Assembly (NCBI RefSeq): GCF_039654945.1
Contig: NW_027361695.1
Coordinates: 9,734,001 to 9,798,000 of the forward strand
Direction of reading: 5' to 3'
DNA from: Dendrobates tinctorius
Lineage: Eukaryota
Length of the DNA: 64,000 nucleotides
Positions 11,215 through 25,438 of the stretch are shown here, piece after piece. The position numbers were made by a program, and so were the translations under genes. Under the pieces are notes generated by a model. That model ran no database searches. It saw only the letters and a program-made list of their open reading frames with translations, and was not told where the DNA came from. Positions within the stretch are counted from its first letter, which is position 1; the number at the start of each line of letters is the position of its first letter.

Positions 11215-14200
11215 GTATTCTGTCAGAGTGCTGTTTATTCGCTGTTTGTTTTCAGTTTTCCATTTTGCAGCTTCTTTCTGCTGCTGTCACCTCTTCCAAC
11301 TCCTGTGGTTTATTCAATCTGCCTCTATTGTTTCTAAAACCTAGTTAACCCATCGTTTGCTGTATGTATTACAAACTGCTATTTAGAGACTGTTCACGTT
11401 ACTCTGAAGTTATCTTTGCAAAACTCTTGTGATTTCTACAAACTTCATCTACATCCCGGTTTAGACCTCTTGTTTAACCCTTCACCTGCTCTCCAGTGTT
11501 TGGCACTGTCGAATCCAGTGTGTCTTGCACCTTTTATTTGCTTACGGTCTAGCATAGACCAGTCTCCTCCTTCTTGATGCCTTACCATGACCCTTGGTCT
11601 GTGTGACCTGCGGCTTTGTAAGTCCACCTCCCCATGTGAGCCAGTAGAGTCTGAAAAAGGAAAAACTGGTCAAAAATGCAAAATCGATTTCATAATGGCC
11701 AGAAGATTGTTCTTCCCCATGTACACAGAGTACACTCTATAGGTAGGTTATAGTATGTTTTGAGTGCTGAGGCTTGAGAAAGTCTTGCACATCTTTAATT
11801 AAATGTTCATATCATTCATTGTAAACCCTAGATAAGCAAGGTATTATGTAATATATTGAAAATGGTTAACACAGGTTTCGTCTGAATGAGTTTTGAGTGA
11901 TGAACAGCACCTGCTGACGCCCAATTTGTACCGAGTTTGGAGGTGTTCCGGCTCTTTGTGTATGGAGCCAACTTTTTATTTTAAAGTGGGGAACTGCTGT
12001 GAAAAGTTGTGGTCTGATAGAAAAAGCCATTTCCCAATAATAGGTTACTTATATAGGAATATTTTGACATTCTATGTTAACTCGCCAACTATAGACGCGT
12101 TTCCTAGGGTTTCCATTAGTGGCCGACGCAAGGTGTTTTTTCTTTTTCTGTCCTGTTGATGTTTAAATTTTCGGAGTTCAGAAATGTATCACACTAAATC
12201 TAAGAAAATCCATAAGTCTGACACAAAGAAGTGTAGCATCCAAGGTGAAGCATTATTGCATGACATACTAAGTCATTTCATTTAGGAAACGCTCGTTTAC
12301 TCATCTCTGCTGTCAACTTCGTACTTGCCAAATTTATATTCAGTCACAAATTTGCCAATATTATCGACAACTGAAAAGGACTAAGATAGTTATCTTCTCG
12401 ACTGGTAATCTGAGGGCGTGCGGTAGGTCATTCTGGGAGAAATGGAGACAAAACGCCTTTAGGCTAGCTCCAAAATGAATACTGTCTTCTTACTCCGAAC
12501 CTGTGTGTGAAATTAATCTCAAAACAAAATTATCAAAGAGCTATTAATTTAGAAAAAATATTAAAGATAAATTTTGCAAAAATATTGTCTACGGAAATTT
12601 TAGAATTTTTTTTTTTTTCAATTTAAACAATCCTTTATGCTGAAAAAACATAATTCAGTATACTCCCCTTTACGATCCCCAACCATTCCCGTTCCAATGC
12701 TGTGTAGGTCTCCTGACACTTTCTCTTTATCCTGTTCCATTGCACCTGTGGCCAGAGATTGACTGGCACGTCAGAATCGAGAAGAAAGTCCAGAGGACCT
12801 GGTGGGGGAACTGGACAACATTGGAGCAGGAGGGCTTTGAGAATTAGTAAGTGTAATATTATTCATGTTGTTATTATCAAATTTTCATAATTCAGGACAT
12901 TGCTTGGATAGGAATACTTGGCCTGACCACCAGGTCTCCTGACCTGAGCTAACCAGCATATATAAAGCAGTTAGGTAAGGTCAGGAGACTGGTGGTTGGG
13001 CCGCGTATTCCAATCCGAGCTGGGTCCCCATTTGACAGATATGTGTAGTGCCACTCTTTTCGATAGATTGTTTTGCAGTCAAGGGAATCGGCAGAAACTG
13101 CAATACCAGACACCACGCATGAACAAGAGTCCATTTTGTCTAATCTTGGTTTTTCCATTATGTTCTGTTAATCCCTTCTACACATTGCTCCTTGACTGTC
13201 TCACAACTCAATATATTGCTTCAGCTTAAACCTTACAACCAAGTAGCTGTAACCCTAGTCATACCACTTGCTCTCAATAGAAAATGATGATGATGACGAT
13301 GGTTAGTATTCAATAAGGTACTACTATGAAAACCTGAAAGGAGTAAAAATTGGAACACGGTCTTTCTTTTTTTTTTTAATTGCTTAAAATATTTTTAAAA
13401 ATCCCTGCGCTCCCCTGATTGTGAAGCTTTTTTCCGTTTTACACTTCATCGCTCCATTGCAGAGATATTCACATTTGTTTCTTTTGGAGCACAATGTGAA
13501 ATCTTTGCTTGAAGATCAACTGGGAGTTTCTTTCCAGTCTTCACTGGGGCGTGCGCTTCACACTTCCCACCCAAATGCTTCCAATCACAGCTCAGCAAGC
13601 TGGTCTAGCAGTCTAATACTGCTGTGATTGCCAGCATATTGGAATAAGGGATAACCCCCCCCCAGAGAAGACTCTGAAGAAATGAACAGTTGTACTACAA
13701 GTAGAAATTTCACATACTTTGCTCCAAAAGCAATAAATGTGAATATCTCTGCAGTGGAGCGACACGGTGCAAAACGGAAAAGAGCGGCAGAATCAGGAGT
13801 GCTCAGAGATTTTACCACATGTACCACCATTGATAATATTTAGTGCAACGTGAATTAAACCTATACCTAAATCTATGATCACCTGTTATGTCCAAAGACC
13901 TTGGCAGCCTCTGCCTTTCGCCTGTGGTTTCTTGGTGTAATTACGGTATGTTTGGCCATATCTGGGTTTGGTTGGTGGAAAACCCACAGAAGTTGAATGT
14001 GGGGGTGAAAATAAAACTGGAATGTTTAGGTAACCTATTATTTTTGAGTGAGGTCCTGCTTCTTGGTTGTTGAAAACTCTCCTTAAGACACCGTATTTCA
14101 GTTCCACTTTGACAAACGCTGTATCTGGCATAGATCTCTGCAAGCAAAGCATTTATGAAAAAATCCATAAAGTCATACAAAAATTATTAATCATTAACAC

Positions 14201-14799
14201 AGTATAGTCATGAGCCACAAATTGCATATTACGTAAAAACTGGAATTGTGTAGCCCGGAACAATAAGATGAACATTTAACGTTATGGTACTTAATTAAAG
14301 TGTCACTCATATCAGCACATCTTTGGAAGAGCAGCCGGTCTCCAAACAGACAAGAGAAAGTAATTTTAACCTCTAAGTACAATAGACAAATCTGTCAGCC
14401 GATGAAGAAAACTTCATTCAAGGAACGATGAAGTGAAGGTGAAGGTAGCCGGCGCAAAGCCGTTAATCACAATGCACGGAGGTCAGGTGTCAGCTGGCAA
14501 GATGGGAAAGTGAGGGAACAGAAATTTGTGGTAGGCCGGTCGTACAATAACCTGATCCAAAAGAAAGTCCCTAAATGTAAAGGAAAACATTCCGCATGGC
14601 AGTAAATGGATTGTTTGTCCTTGTTTGTTCGTAACCTCGGGTTTCAGGTCATTGACAAGAACAGCTTTTTGAATTGTAACAGTCCTTTTTTGGAATGGGC
14701 TTTACTTGCTCTAATTGGCACAGTGAGGTGGGAATGTTTCGTTGAACAACTTTAGCTTGTGCTTGCATATCTGCTTTTGAAAATTATACAGGGGTTCAT

Positions 14800-16101
14800 A
14801 TCCAAGAAAAAGTTTTTAATAATTATTTTAGATATGGTAGACCTCCCTAAAAATTTGTGTTTTTAGGTCATTCTTAAAACTGCAGACACTAAGAATTAAT
14901 TGGATTAGGTAATGCATTCCAGAGAACTGTTGCAGCACGAGAAAAGTCTTGTAGATGAAGGGGAGATGTTAAAATTATGGAGGATGCATGTAATGACACA
15001 CAGCTCTGCTTTCCTTCCAAGGTCACACTAAGATCTCACTGCCAGCTCCAACTGTGATTACAAGTGCAAGAGGAGAACAGAGCTGTGTGTCATTACATAC
15101 ACCGTTCTTCATCTATCCAAGACACACAGCTCTGCTGTGCTCTTCTCCCAGCACTTGTAATCACAGATAATGCATAGCAGTGTATATAATGACACACAGC
15201 TCTGCTCTCCTCCCAAGGTCACACAGATCTCACTGCTGACACTTTGGTTATAAGTGGAGGAGGAGGAAAGCAGAGCTGTGTGTCATTGCATACACCTTTC
15301 TGCATGTATCCCAGACACACAGCTCTGCTCTCCTCCCAAAGTCACACAAATCTCACTGCGGAGGAAGGCAGATCTGTGTGTATGTGTTAAGTGGAGAGCT
15401 GTGTATGTAATGACACACAGCTTTGCTCTCCTACTTACACTTAGGGCACAGTCAGACCGCCATATAAATCAGACCAAGATTGGAACACAGGTCGGGAAGT
15501 CGCCAATTTGTCTGTGCACTGAGTGTGACCATTGCATAGAAATATATGAAGGTGTCATTCTTGGGATGAGAGCCATCAGCCATTCCATGCGCTGTGTTCT
15601 TCTCTCGGTACTTCATATACGGCCAGCTCAGTGTGCCCTTATAATCATAGATAATGCAAGTTAGTGAATATAAAAATGCACAGCTCCGCTCTCTTCCCCT
15701 GCACTTGTAATCACAGTAGGGGTGCTGGGCAGTGAGATCTGTGTGACCTGGTTAGATGCAACATTCTTATCGTATCTTACTGAGGAATCGAGTTCTGACA
15801 TTCTCTCGGATTTTTTTTTCCTTTTTTTTTCCCCTGCATAAATTATCTTGCTTATGATTGAACAAGATCATACAGGGGGAAAAGTATATTCTCCCAGAGA
15901 AGAATCTCTGCTATTGCCTCTCCCTATTGGTTTCTGGTCGGAAAGTAGCCTATAAACTTTACAAGCTAATATCTCCGAAACTGAGATGAGAAAATATTTA
16001 AAAAAAAAAAAAAAAAAACCTGCGTTTTATTTGGATCTTCAGCATTTTTATCAGGACGTAGCCAGTTTAGCACGTCAAATGTGGTGAGAATTCTTCTTTA
16101 A
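14800..16101. mobile_element. Degenerate T2-like element containing alternating-orientation GACACACAGCTCTGCTCTCC modules
   Basis: About eight modules in both orientations between 14990 and 15750; right end ...GTGAGAATTCTTCT-TTAA. Left boundary uncertain. Confidence 0.45.
15444..15638. mobile_element. PIF/Harbinger-type MITE
   Basis: TTA|GGGCAC...GTGCCC|TTA. It splits a CACTTRTAATCAYAGATAATGCA module that is intact at ~15152. Confidence 0.75.
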
Positions 16102-19100
16102 TAAGACATTTTTGTTTGTGCTTGTCGACTACGTCTTGATTTTCGTGAGGGACCTGTGATTTGTGACTGCTGCGTAGCCACAGTTCCTAGTGGAAGTACT
16201 CGTTAACAGTCCACTTCTCACAGCTCTGTTTTTTCAGATTGGCTGCTGTATAGGTACACGAGCCCACCACTGGATTACCAGGGAGTTGGCTCACTAGGTA
16301 GTTTTGGAGAAAATGTATATTTAATTTTTAAGGGACTTAACCACCATGCCAGTGTACCATGTGCCGCTGTTGCTGTGGTACGTCACTTATACCTGGAAGA
16401 GTAAGAAAAAAATAACTAGTTATAGGTTACATAAAGTTTTTCTGCAAATTGAAATTTTTTTATTTTAAACGTATTAGTTTCGCAGTCTTCCCATTTATTT
16501 AGACTTTTGAAAATATCTAACGCGTAACACTCAGTCCTTTCAGTGGGCAAAATAATGTTTTGGGTTTTTCAGCATAACACCGTGGGTTTTAGAAATGTTC
16601 CTTCGGCCTGATTGAATTCAAAACTGACATCTTAAGCGTTCCTGCTGATTCTTTGTGCCGCATCCGATTAAGCTGGCATGATCTGGCCGCCAGTCATATT
16701 TCACCGTCGACACCATTTATACTGGCACGGAGATTGGGACAAATGAGCCAAGAGACGAGCCCGGATGGTCTGCTGGGTGGAGGCAGTGATGCCATGTAGA
16801 TAATCTGCCTTCTGTATATTCCTTTATTCCAATACTATACGGTGATACAATTCGGCAGGTGGCGACTCTTCAATTTTGTACGTTTCTATCATGTGGATTT
16901 AATTAAAATTTTCCCAGCTAACATGTCAGCACGACTATTCTCTATCTTCACATTAAGAGAATTATCTAGAACGTGCTTTATGTAGAATTTTTTGTATATT
17001 TCCCTCTAATATGATAATAGAAATCTACTTATTTTTGGAATTCCTTAGTAGAAAGTGCTTGATAATAGCCATTCACCCGCCGTGTCTGTTTTAGTAAAAA
17101 TTTCCTTTTCTCCTAAAATATTTTGTAAGAACATCTCATTTTTCTTCTTTTTTTTTTCCTGTTGATCCATTTGGTAAATGTGTAAGTAAATTGACAACTG
17201 GGTGTTGCCATGTTCCTTGTCAAAGAGGAGTGTCCATACATGATCTGCCCAATAACCTACTGTGAAAAGTCACACCCCATTGACGAGGACAATGGTGACC
17301 TCTGTTGTCAATTTATTTAAGCTTTTACAGGAGAAATAATGAAGGAAATGTCGCTATTTTAAAAAACTTTATATATTGTTTCTATTTAACGGGAAGTGAA
17401 CTTGGCGTGACTGTAAAAGCTTTTCGAATACCTCGCTACGAGCATGAACTGCAATTTCTTCCATATAGAAGCAAACGTCTATTATAAGTCTTAAAATAGA
17501 AACCAACAAATTATACATATTTCCTTCACATCTTGGGACACAAAGTGTGTGCAAATGTCTCTGTAGTTTAGCTGTCAAATCTTTCCTTGTTTTTTCTTAG
17601 CACTTTTGACTCAACACTTCCACATAATGTTTTTTTTTTCTTTTTTTTTTTGGCAAACATCGATCTGAATGCATGAAAATCATCCTCTTGTGCCATCGTG
17701 TGGAATTTATTGTTCGTCATTTACAGAGTTGTAATTTGCATGATACTTTTGCTTCAAACACCATTAATTATCGAAAGGTATTGAGATTTTTCATGTTGCC
17801 TTTAGTTGTTGGAGATTGTGGCGTCAACTCCTCGGGGGTGTGGCTGGGGAAGCGGCTTCTGTGTCATGTGCCCTGTGTTCTGGATGTTATTGGGTCCCAC
17901 AAACAAATTTCTATTGTCATGATATTTTTAAGGCCACGTTGGGATGGGACGGCAAACTGAACTTTTGTCCCTCATGAAGGAAAATCCAACTATGGCTCTG
18001 CATCTTCATTGGTTCTTCAAAGATTGCAAAAGTAAAGTGTTGGATAATTAAAGACTCCCAAACATCGCCCCAGAACACCCAATATTTGTACGACATTCTA
18101 AAGATGCACATTTATTTTTGGAGAGCTCTTTCAGCTAATGAAATGGTCTATAAAGTCTCCATGGTAAGGCCAGGTTTATTCGTCTGTGATTCAGAGTCCT
18201 TACTCAGATCACCACACCAGGCCTTCATATATATACCAATGAGACAGCTAGTTCAGGCCAGGAGACCCATCAGTCAAGATAGGTATACACTGGATCCAAG
18301 TACAACCCTCAAAGACGTCTTATAGGCACGCTTTCTTTCTCTGCTCATATGCCCATTTTTGGTTACCTTACCTCCTCTTAATATCAATGGTTTCTCACCA
18401 AAAGCGTATAATAATCAACTGAACCTCATTTTTTTTACATGCCTCCTTTGTAAACTTGAAGCTGTTTCCATATTGCATTTTTGCCACAAGTCACTGGTAC
18501 CATTGAGGCTTCCTTCTGAAGTCCTGAAAAACAGGACACAAGAACAACCCCCGATATGTCCATTGATTTTATTGAGGCAGACTGAGTTTCTTTATGCTTT
18601 ATCTGACCTCAGTTTTGACAATGTTGGTCTTCTTGAGTCGACCACGCATTTATTCCAGCCTGAAGAAGGCGAACACTACCAAAGCAGAGGCCAGAAAGAA
18701 GACTAGGTGAACCCCGTCTTCCGGGGTTTGTGCCGGAATCAGATTTCTCAAGGATTTAGATGGACGTCCCAACTGTGCCACTTGACTTGTGGCAAACAAA
18801 GCAATGTGAACATAGCCTCAGGTTTACAAAGATGTCATGTATGGTAAAATGGAGTTCAGTTGATTATTATACACTTTTTGATTCTGTAATGAGAAGCCAT
18901 AGATATTGGGATGAGATCGCTTAACCAAAAATGGTCCGATGAGCGGAGAAAGTTGACGTGTCTATAAGACGTCTTTGACACCATGGCTATTACCTTCTTG
19001 TACGTTCTTGTTAGATGGTGACGCAATCTATGGACTCTAATAAGCTACAAACGAGCATCAATAGACATCCCGCAACAACCTACTGGAGACCACTCTCTGC

Positions 19101-19904
19101 TGAATCAATAGATTCCGGCTGTGCGTGGTCATTAGATACAAAAATAACCTTTGGCTGAAATTGTTCTTTTCGTAGTTTATTGAAGTAATTTAGCATCCAA
19201 CACGTTTAATCCTGCCGGGGAGGAAATGGCTATAGACTTGCCTTATTTGCTGATTGGCTCACGCTGATAATGTAGCATGTCCTCCGCTGAGACAAAAGAG
19301 AATATCTGATAATAGTCTTTGTCTATTTTTTTTCGTCCTCGTCTCTTGTTACTGCTCCATTGTTTTTAATTAGGGATAATGGGGAGGCAACCATGCATGA
19401 ATTTGTTCATTTTGCCATTGATTTTTTTTTTTTTGTAGTGTGATAGAAAGTGGAGGTCATGTGCTGGGTTTATTTTATTGAGTTTGTTTAACCCTCTGTC
19501 TGCAGTGTCTGTCAGGCGGTTGAGACCGGCTATCCTAAGTTCATACTGAATGGATTGTAAAAGAGTCATGAGGGAGCTACAACAGCAAAGATATATTGAT
19601 GGTGGTATAGTCTACTTTTGTGGTTTTAGAAAAGGGCATATGGAGAATAAAGGAAGATCATGCCGCTTTTAAGGGGCCCTAAAAGAGATGGGGCCATGAC
19701 AAGGACAATTTGTTCATTTTGCCATTGAATGGTGAGAACCCAATCAGAGGAAGTATCCGATCAAGGATCACTATTTTTCCCCAGGTGGCAGAACTAAGGA
19801 TCCTAATAGGGGACAAGTTTAATTATGCAAATATATTCTCCAGAAGGAAAAAAAAGTCTACCCTCTTTAGTCCCAACTATGGGTAGCTAGAGGGTAAAGA
19901 TCAC

Positions 19905-20220
19905 CTTATACTTGTCGGTCAAATTATGCTTCAGCCGATTGGTTCGGCAGACAACCACCTCGATCATCTATCCTATACACAGAAGCGCTCTTTCGGACAA
20001 GCGCTCTTTTGTTTTCTATGAGAAAGCCACCAACAGATATCTTTGCCGACGGCTTATCTTTGGGAGAGCAAAGTTGATGTCAGTCCAAAATCAGACATGC
20101 CCAATTGACATCTTCCCCAGCAATCAGTTGGCCGGCGCCTTCATGCATATTCAAGTGTCGATTTAAGCCATCGATATCGGTGGGTACAGCTAACATTGGT
20201 CTAATGTGTATGGGGGTATT
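19905..20220 (-). mobile_element. MITE, same family as 41126-41422 in opposite orientation
   Basis: Shares the internal segment GAAGGC(G/C)CCGGCCAA..TGATTG..GGGGAAGATGTC..GGCATGTCTGATTT with 41126-41422. Confidence 0.65.
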
Positions 20221-20545
20221 AAGTTGATGCCTGACCCCATGGGTGGATAAAGACAGAAGAAGGGTCCCTGGACAAAAAGAGTTAATGGCCTCTTTGCAGT
20301 CCAATGGTTCATCATAAAGGACAATTCCACCTACTTTGCTACTTTGGAGGTGGCAGTGGGCCAACTGACCTCAGATTGCACCAATGGTATGGTGTGTCTG
20401 TCCCTTATTGACCCATTAAGGACCCTTGAAAGATGACTAGTCAAACCAGAAGCATTGGCTGTCTCTAGTTTAGCTGATATCCTTATCTATATTATTATGG
20501 GATAGACTTTGACTTGCATATTAGATACCTATAGATGCTCTAGAG

Positions 20546-21106
20546 CAGGGATCCCCAACCTGTGGCTCGCGATCTCATGAATTGTGGCTCGCGGTTGTCT
20601 GCTAGCTTGATGCATTAGCTCCACGTCTAGCGAAGAGCTATGAAGAGCGCATCTCAAAACGGTGAACTTTGTGAGTAGTCCAGCACAGAAGAGCAGATCT
20701 GGATGCACATATACTGGTCTTAGGGGTTTAAGGATGGTGTGCTGGAGACAGGATGATACTACCGGTCAGAGGAGGTGCTTGAAGCTGGATACAACAGTGT
20801 GGTGGGAGTGCTTGATGGGAGAATACTGAAGGGGGGATTGTGGGAACCCTTAGATCTTAGTATACTGCTTCTGTGGAAAAGCTTTGGCTGTCATTATACC
20901 CATAATATGGGCTTTGGTTGCCACTAATGTGAGGGAGTATGGGAGCTGGATGTTGGCCGCGACCATCTCTCAAAGCTGAACTTGGCTCACGACCCTCTCT
21001 CAGAGCTGTATGTGGCTCGCGACCCTCTCTCAGGGCTGTATGTGGCTCGCGACCCTCTTTCAGAGCTGGATGTGGCTCTCGAGGTCAGAAAGGTTGGGGA
21101 TCACTG
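20546..21106 (+). mobile_element. Charlie-type hAT non-autonomous element with a 30-bp subterminal tandem repeat
   Basis: TIRs CAGGGATCCCCAACCT / AGGTTGGGGATCACTG; perfect 8-bp TSD CTCTAGAG, matching the nTCTAGAn preference of Charlie elements. Confidence 0.93.
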
Positions 21107-22309
21107 CTCTAGAGAAACAGTTTTCTTCATTCTGGAGGTGAGCTAATCTGCATATTTTCTTCCCAGGTAGCCTTGGCTATATGTCCTTCCACACCAGATG
21201 GATCTCCACAAGGCAAATTAATAACTTAGAACATTGCATGGTTTAGGAAGACTTCGACCAGTGATCAATATATAGTTATTCTTAGGGTTTACAAACAGCC
21301 AGCTTGTGAGCAGAGCAAGTATTCATCAATCTACTTGACAAGCATTGACATCGTTAAACAAGTTAATGATTCCCAACTACTTTAAAGCCTCCGACCCCCC
21401 CAACAAAAATCCATGTAAAACACATTAAAATAAGATTTGTTGGCAACCAATGACTTCTTCCTCGATAGCCATTGACTCAAGACCACAAAATGCTGACTTG
21501 ACTCTATGTTGGCCAATATGTGGCACATTCGTGACCAGAATGAGTTTCTGCCTCGTAGTTTTATGCCACCTAGTGTTGGCGACTTCTGCATACATTGTAG
21601 TCACGATCCTTGTTCTCCGTGAATCTTCTGTACATTCGCGCTAAAAGATATTTATTGGTCTTTGCCGAAGACACGCTATCCACCATTAAGACTTAACACA
21701 AAGCCATTTTTAATGTAATAAACTTTAAATGTTCATCGCAGCACTTAATCAAACTCTGTTTTCACGCAGAGCCGGGAACGAAATCTTGGGTTTATGCAGA
21801 ATTATTAAAATATATGTTTAGACACGTCTGTAATTGGATTTGTGTCTTGCTTTATTATTGCCTTCTTTTTTCTTTGTTTGTTATATGATGATGACATGCC
21901 TACAGATCTATACGAAGCTCTTCTAGATAATATATTTTAGATGACTTAAAAACGTGTCTTGCTGACTTTTTTTTCCCTTTTGAGGTTTTTAATAATCTAT
22001 CAATAGGTGGTGGAGCTATAAGATGAGTAATAGACGACCATTAGTCATGTTTGTTTTTGTGTTTGCTTGGTCTGCTTCTGTTCATTTTATTTACTTGCAA
22101 TTTTTTATGCTTTTGCATTCCTGAATGATTACAGGCTGTAGACACATTTGACATAGAAAAATTATTATTACATTAGTATCAGTCTGCAATCTTCATTCAT
22201 TTTCACATATGTAGTTTGGAGCCTAATCCAAGTTCAGCATTTTTCTGTTGTTGGAATATCTCTCCCGGTAATACAGGCTGGATGTGAGGTCTGTGTGTAT
22301 CTAGGTGGC

Positions 22310-22430
22310 TGCTGTCTTCATTAGCTTTTGTATCAGCACAGCTTCTTTGCTGCACTTATTTACTCTTCACATGCTTTCCACTTTCTTTATAGCCTGTTTT
22401 ATGCCTGTGTTCTGCCCTCCCTGAGAATCC
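22310..22430. repeat. Old unclassified dispersed repeat; second copy in opposite orientation at ~31785-31890
   Basis: Reverse complement (GGGCAGA..GGAAAGCATGTGAAGAGTAAATAAGTGCAG..AGCTAATGAAGAC) aligns with 31793-31888. Confidence 0.5.
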
Positions 22431-22432
22431 TG

Positions 22433-22540
22433 ATGCTTTCCCTTTTCTTCACTCTTGAGATCTGTATACAACCTTTTCGCTGCTAATGCTTTCCCTTTTC
22501 TTCACTCTTGAGAGCTATATACAACCTTCTCCCTGCTACT
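22433..22540 (+). repeat. Two-copy tandem duplication of ~54 bp
   Basis: ATGCTTTCCCTTTTCTTCACTCTTGAGA..TATACAACCTT occurs twice in tandem. Confidence 0.8.
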
Positions 22541-23559
22541 CCCATACGAGCGTATCACATGTCCGTTCGGCGTGAGAAAACAATTGCAGCATGCTGGGAG
22601 TGCATCCGATGTTTGGATCGCACTCCCCAATTCAAGTTTATGGGTGCCTTGGAAACACAGTCCGATGAACCGGCACAGGGACAATGGAGAAGATGGAGAA
22701 ATTATTTTCTCCATCTTCTACACACCTGTGAAATGATTCTGATCAAATCACACTCAGAAGACTTGTCATTAAATTATCAGCCCGATTCTCTCCTACGAGA
22801 GAACATAAGCTCGTGTGACCCCGGCCTAACACTGAGAAAAGGAAGTGGGAGCGCAGAAAGAGCAGTCAGAACCAGGAGCAGCAGTTTCCGACTGATTTAA
22901 AAACATTTTTGCAAAATCAGTGAGCTGGATAAAAGCCTTTTGAACACTCTGCATCAGCAAAATGGTTTTATTAAGATTACCGTATTTAGAAAGTTTCTTA
23001 ACTTTGCATTTAAGAAACAAGTGAAAAATTAAAAAACATCTGTCCAAAGGTTTACATAGCTTTTAAAAGAAAGCTATCAGAAAATTATCAATTGTTTTAA
23101 ATTAATTTTTTTTTCTTTTTTTACAAATTTTGAACATTGTTTTTTTTCCTTACATGATCTTTATTAAAAAAGTAGCAATTTTGCAGCACTTGGAATTTTT
23201 TTTTTTGTTAGATGGCATCATCAGAGGCAAGAGTACAGTAAAAGAAAACACCTCAATACACAGCTGCCAACAAAGGATCCACCAATCACAATAGATGATG
23301 TCAGGGATCCCTCTTCCTTTCCAATGACTTTTGCACGCGCTCATTGGACACTTCGATGAGGTCAGAGTCTAGTCATTGTTGCTATGTACATGTGTTGTTT
23401 CCTGAAACAGCATGAATTTAGTCTAAAAAAGCCCTAGTGGCCAGTGTGAAAATTGCAACATTTCTTTTTTTTTTTTTTTTTTTATCTTTTAATATAGATT
23501 ATGATCTATAAAAAAAAAATGCTAAAAAATGTCTAAAAAATGCATTTAAAACACCAACC

Positions 23560-24421
23560 TGTTATGAATGGGTCACCGAGGAGAAAAAAGCAAAACAAGC
23601 TAAGTCACAGAAAACCAGAGAGGTTGGTAACTATGCAGATTGCAGATCCCTGATCTTACCACACAACTAGCAGTAGCCGTGGAGCGTACCTACGATGTTC
23701 TTAGACGCCTCATCACGGCGGACTAAATAAGCCTAAAGCAAGAAAAGGGAAAACTAACTGCCCCAGAGCAGACCCCAAAGGAATAGATAGCCCCCACACA
23801 TGTATTGACGGTGAAACAAGATGAAGGCACAAACACAGGCAGGAAAATAGGCTGAGCAAATGATGGGGAGCACACTAACTAGACAGGAAAGGAAAGACGC
23901 TGTCTGCAACCTGCAAAAAACCCTACAAAAATCATGTCCAACACTTCTGATAGCAGAATTAACCCTGAAGTCACTAGACTTCTCCCACTATATCAGCACT
24001 CTGAAATATTCTGAGACAGAGCTAAAAGAGACCGAACTAGTAAGGGACAAAAAGCCAATTGGCAAAATACTGATAAATAAGAGTGGAAATTCAGCACAGC
24101 CCCCAGCCGGGGCTGGCTGACCACACAAAAAACTGAATAGACCAACAAAATCAAGTGGGAACATTAGCAGAAAAACTTAGCTTTAGATGACTGGAACAGA
24201 GCTGAAAACAAAGAGCTGACAAACCTGAAGGAATCACCAGCAACTGAATAGGGCGTCAGCTGTCTTAAATCCAATCTGAGAATCCTGAGGTCCAATCATC
24301 ATCCTCATTCTCAGTTGGCAGATTTCCACTGATTAAATCAGGCTCACTACCTCCTGTTACCACCAGAGGGAGTCTGGAAGGGGAACTCACAACTGGTGAA
24401 TCAGAGAATGAACTCACAACA
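23560..24421 (-). mobile_element. Solo LTR-like element, copy 3
   Basis: TGTTATGAAT...ACTCACAACA termini; 6-bp TSD CCAACC (23554-23559, 24422-24427); sits inside an older palindromic MITE (~23130-24470). Confidence 0.9.
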
Positions 24422-25438
24422 CCAACCTTAATTAAACAAAAGTTCATTTTCTGATGATAGCATCCTTGTCAAGTTAGATTTTCACGCTGTACTGTTATAT
24501 GCATACAACATCCTTCAGTGGGCAGTGCCTACACAATTTTTATGGTAATACCTCACTTAGCAGAAAAAATCTTGTATCCATTGGTCACTGGATCCTGGCT
24601 TGGTTGGGTTTTTTAGCATAAATGTGCTGATATATAAGGTGGGACTTACCCAGCTGGATATTGAGGGATCTTTGTCCCTGTTGTATCCATTGACCCCCCT
24701 CTCCCATTTCTTCATGTGATTTGAAGTGGTAGTGTAAATGCGTGACCACTGATCCATTCACTTCTATGGGTCTATAAGAAGAGTAGTGCTCATGCATTGA
24801 GTGGAAATGTTGTCATGCATGCCCCTTCCTGTTCCATTTACAATTTCGACATAGTACCCCTGTTCACATGATGGGATCATATCTTTAATTTCTCCTGTGG
24901 GTAGGATAACTCCCTTTATTGCATCTGATTAGGAAATTAAGTTCAAAAATAGTTTTGATTAAAAGCCCATTATTATGTTGTGTAGATTTACTGTACGTCT
25001 CCATGGTAACAGACTACAGACAAGTCCTGTGTAGTCAGATTCTGCAGTTATGTGTTCTGTATCCATACTGTTTGTAGATGATGATGATCTGTCCTGGAAA
25101 TAACCGTATATTTCACTAAAGATGACAGAGATCTGAATTGATTGGATCTGTGGGTTGAGCAGTAACCAAAATACGAGGAATGGATCGATGCAATACCGGT
25201 GAGCTGCGGTCGTGTAGCACTTTCTATATCCTAAGTTTAGACTTCTCATGATTTACCTTGAACTCTATGTACTTATTGAATGTTTCCTCTGAGCTGGATG
25301 GAAAAATCTATGTAACGGTCAATGAGTACAAGGATGCTGATGCGATGAAGATGGTTAAAATGGAAAGCAAAATAGACTTAGTAAATGTCTACTGTGCTAC
25401 CAAATGATAGCCGAGAGATCTAGTAGTCATTTTCTAGA

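Noticed and set aside
12085-12130. GAAACGCGTC on the - strand, possibly another hammerhead remnant
   Set aside because: No CUGANGA core or stable stem II upstream.
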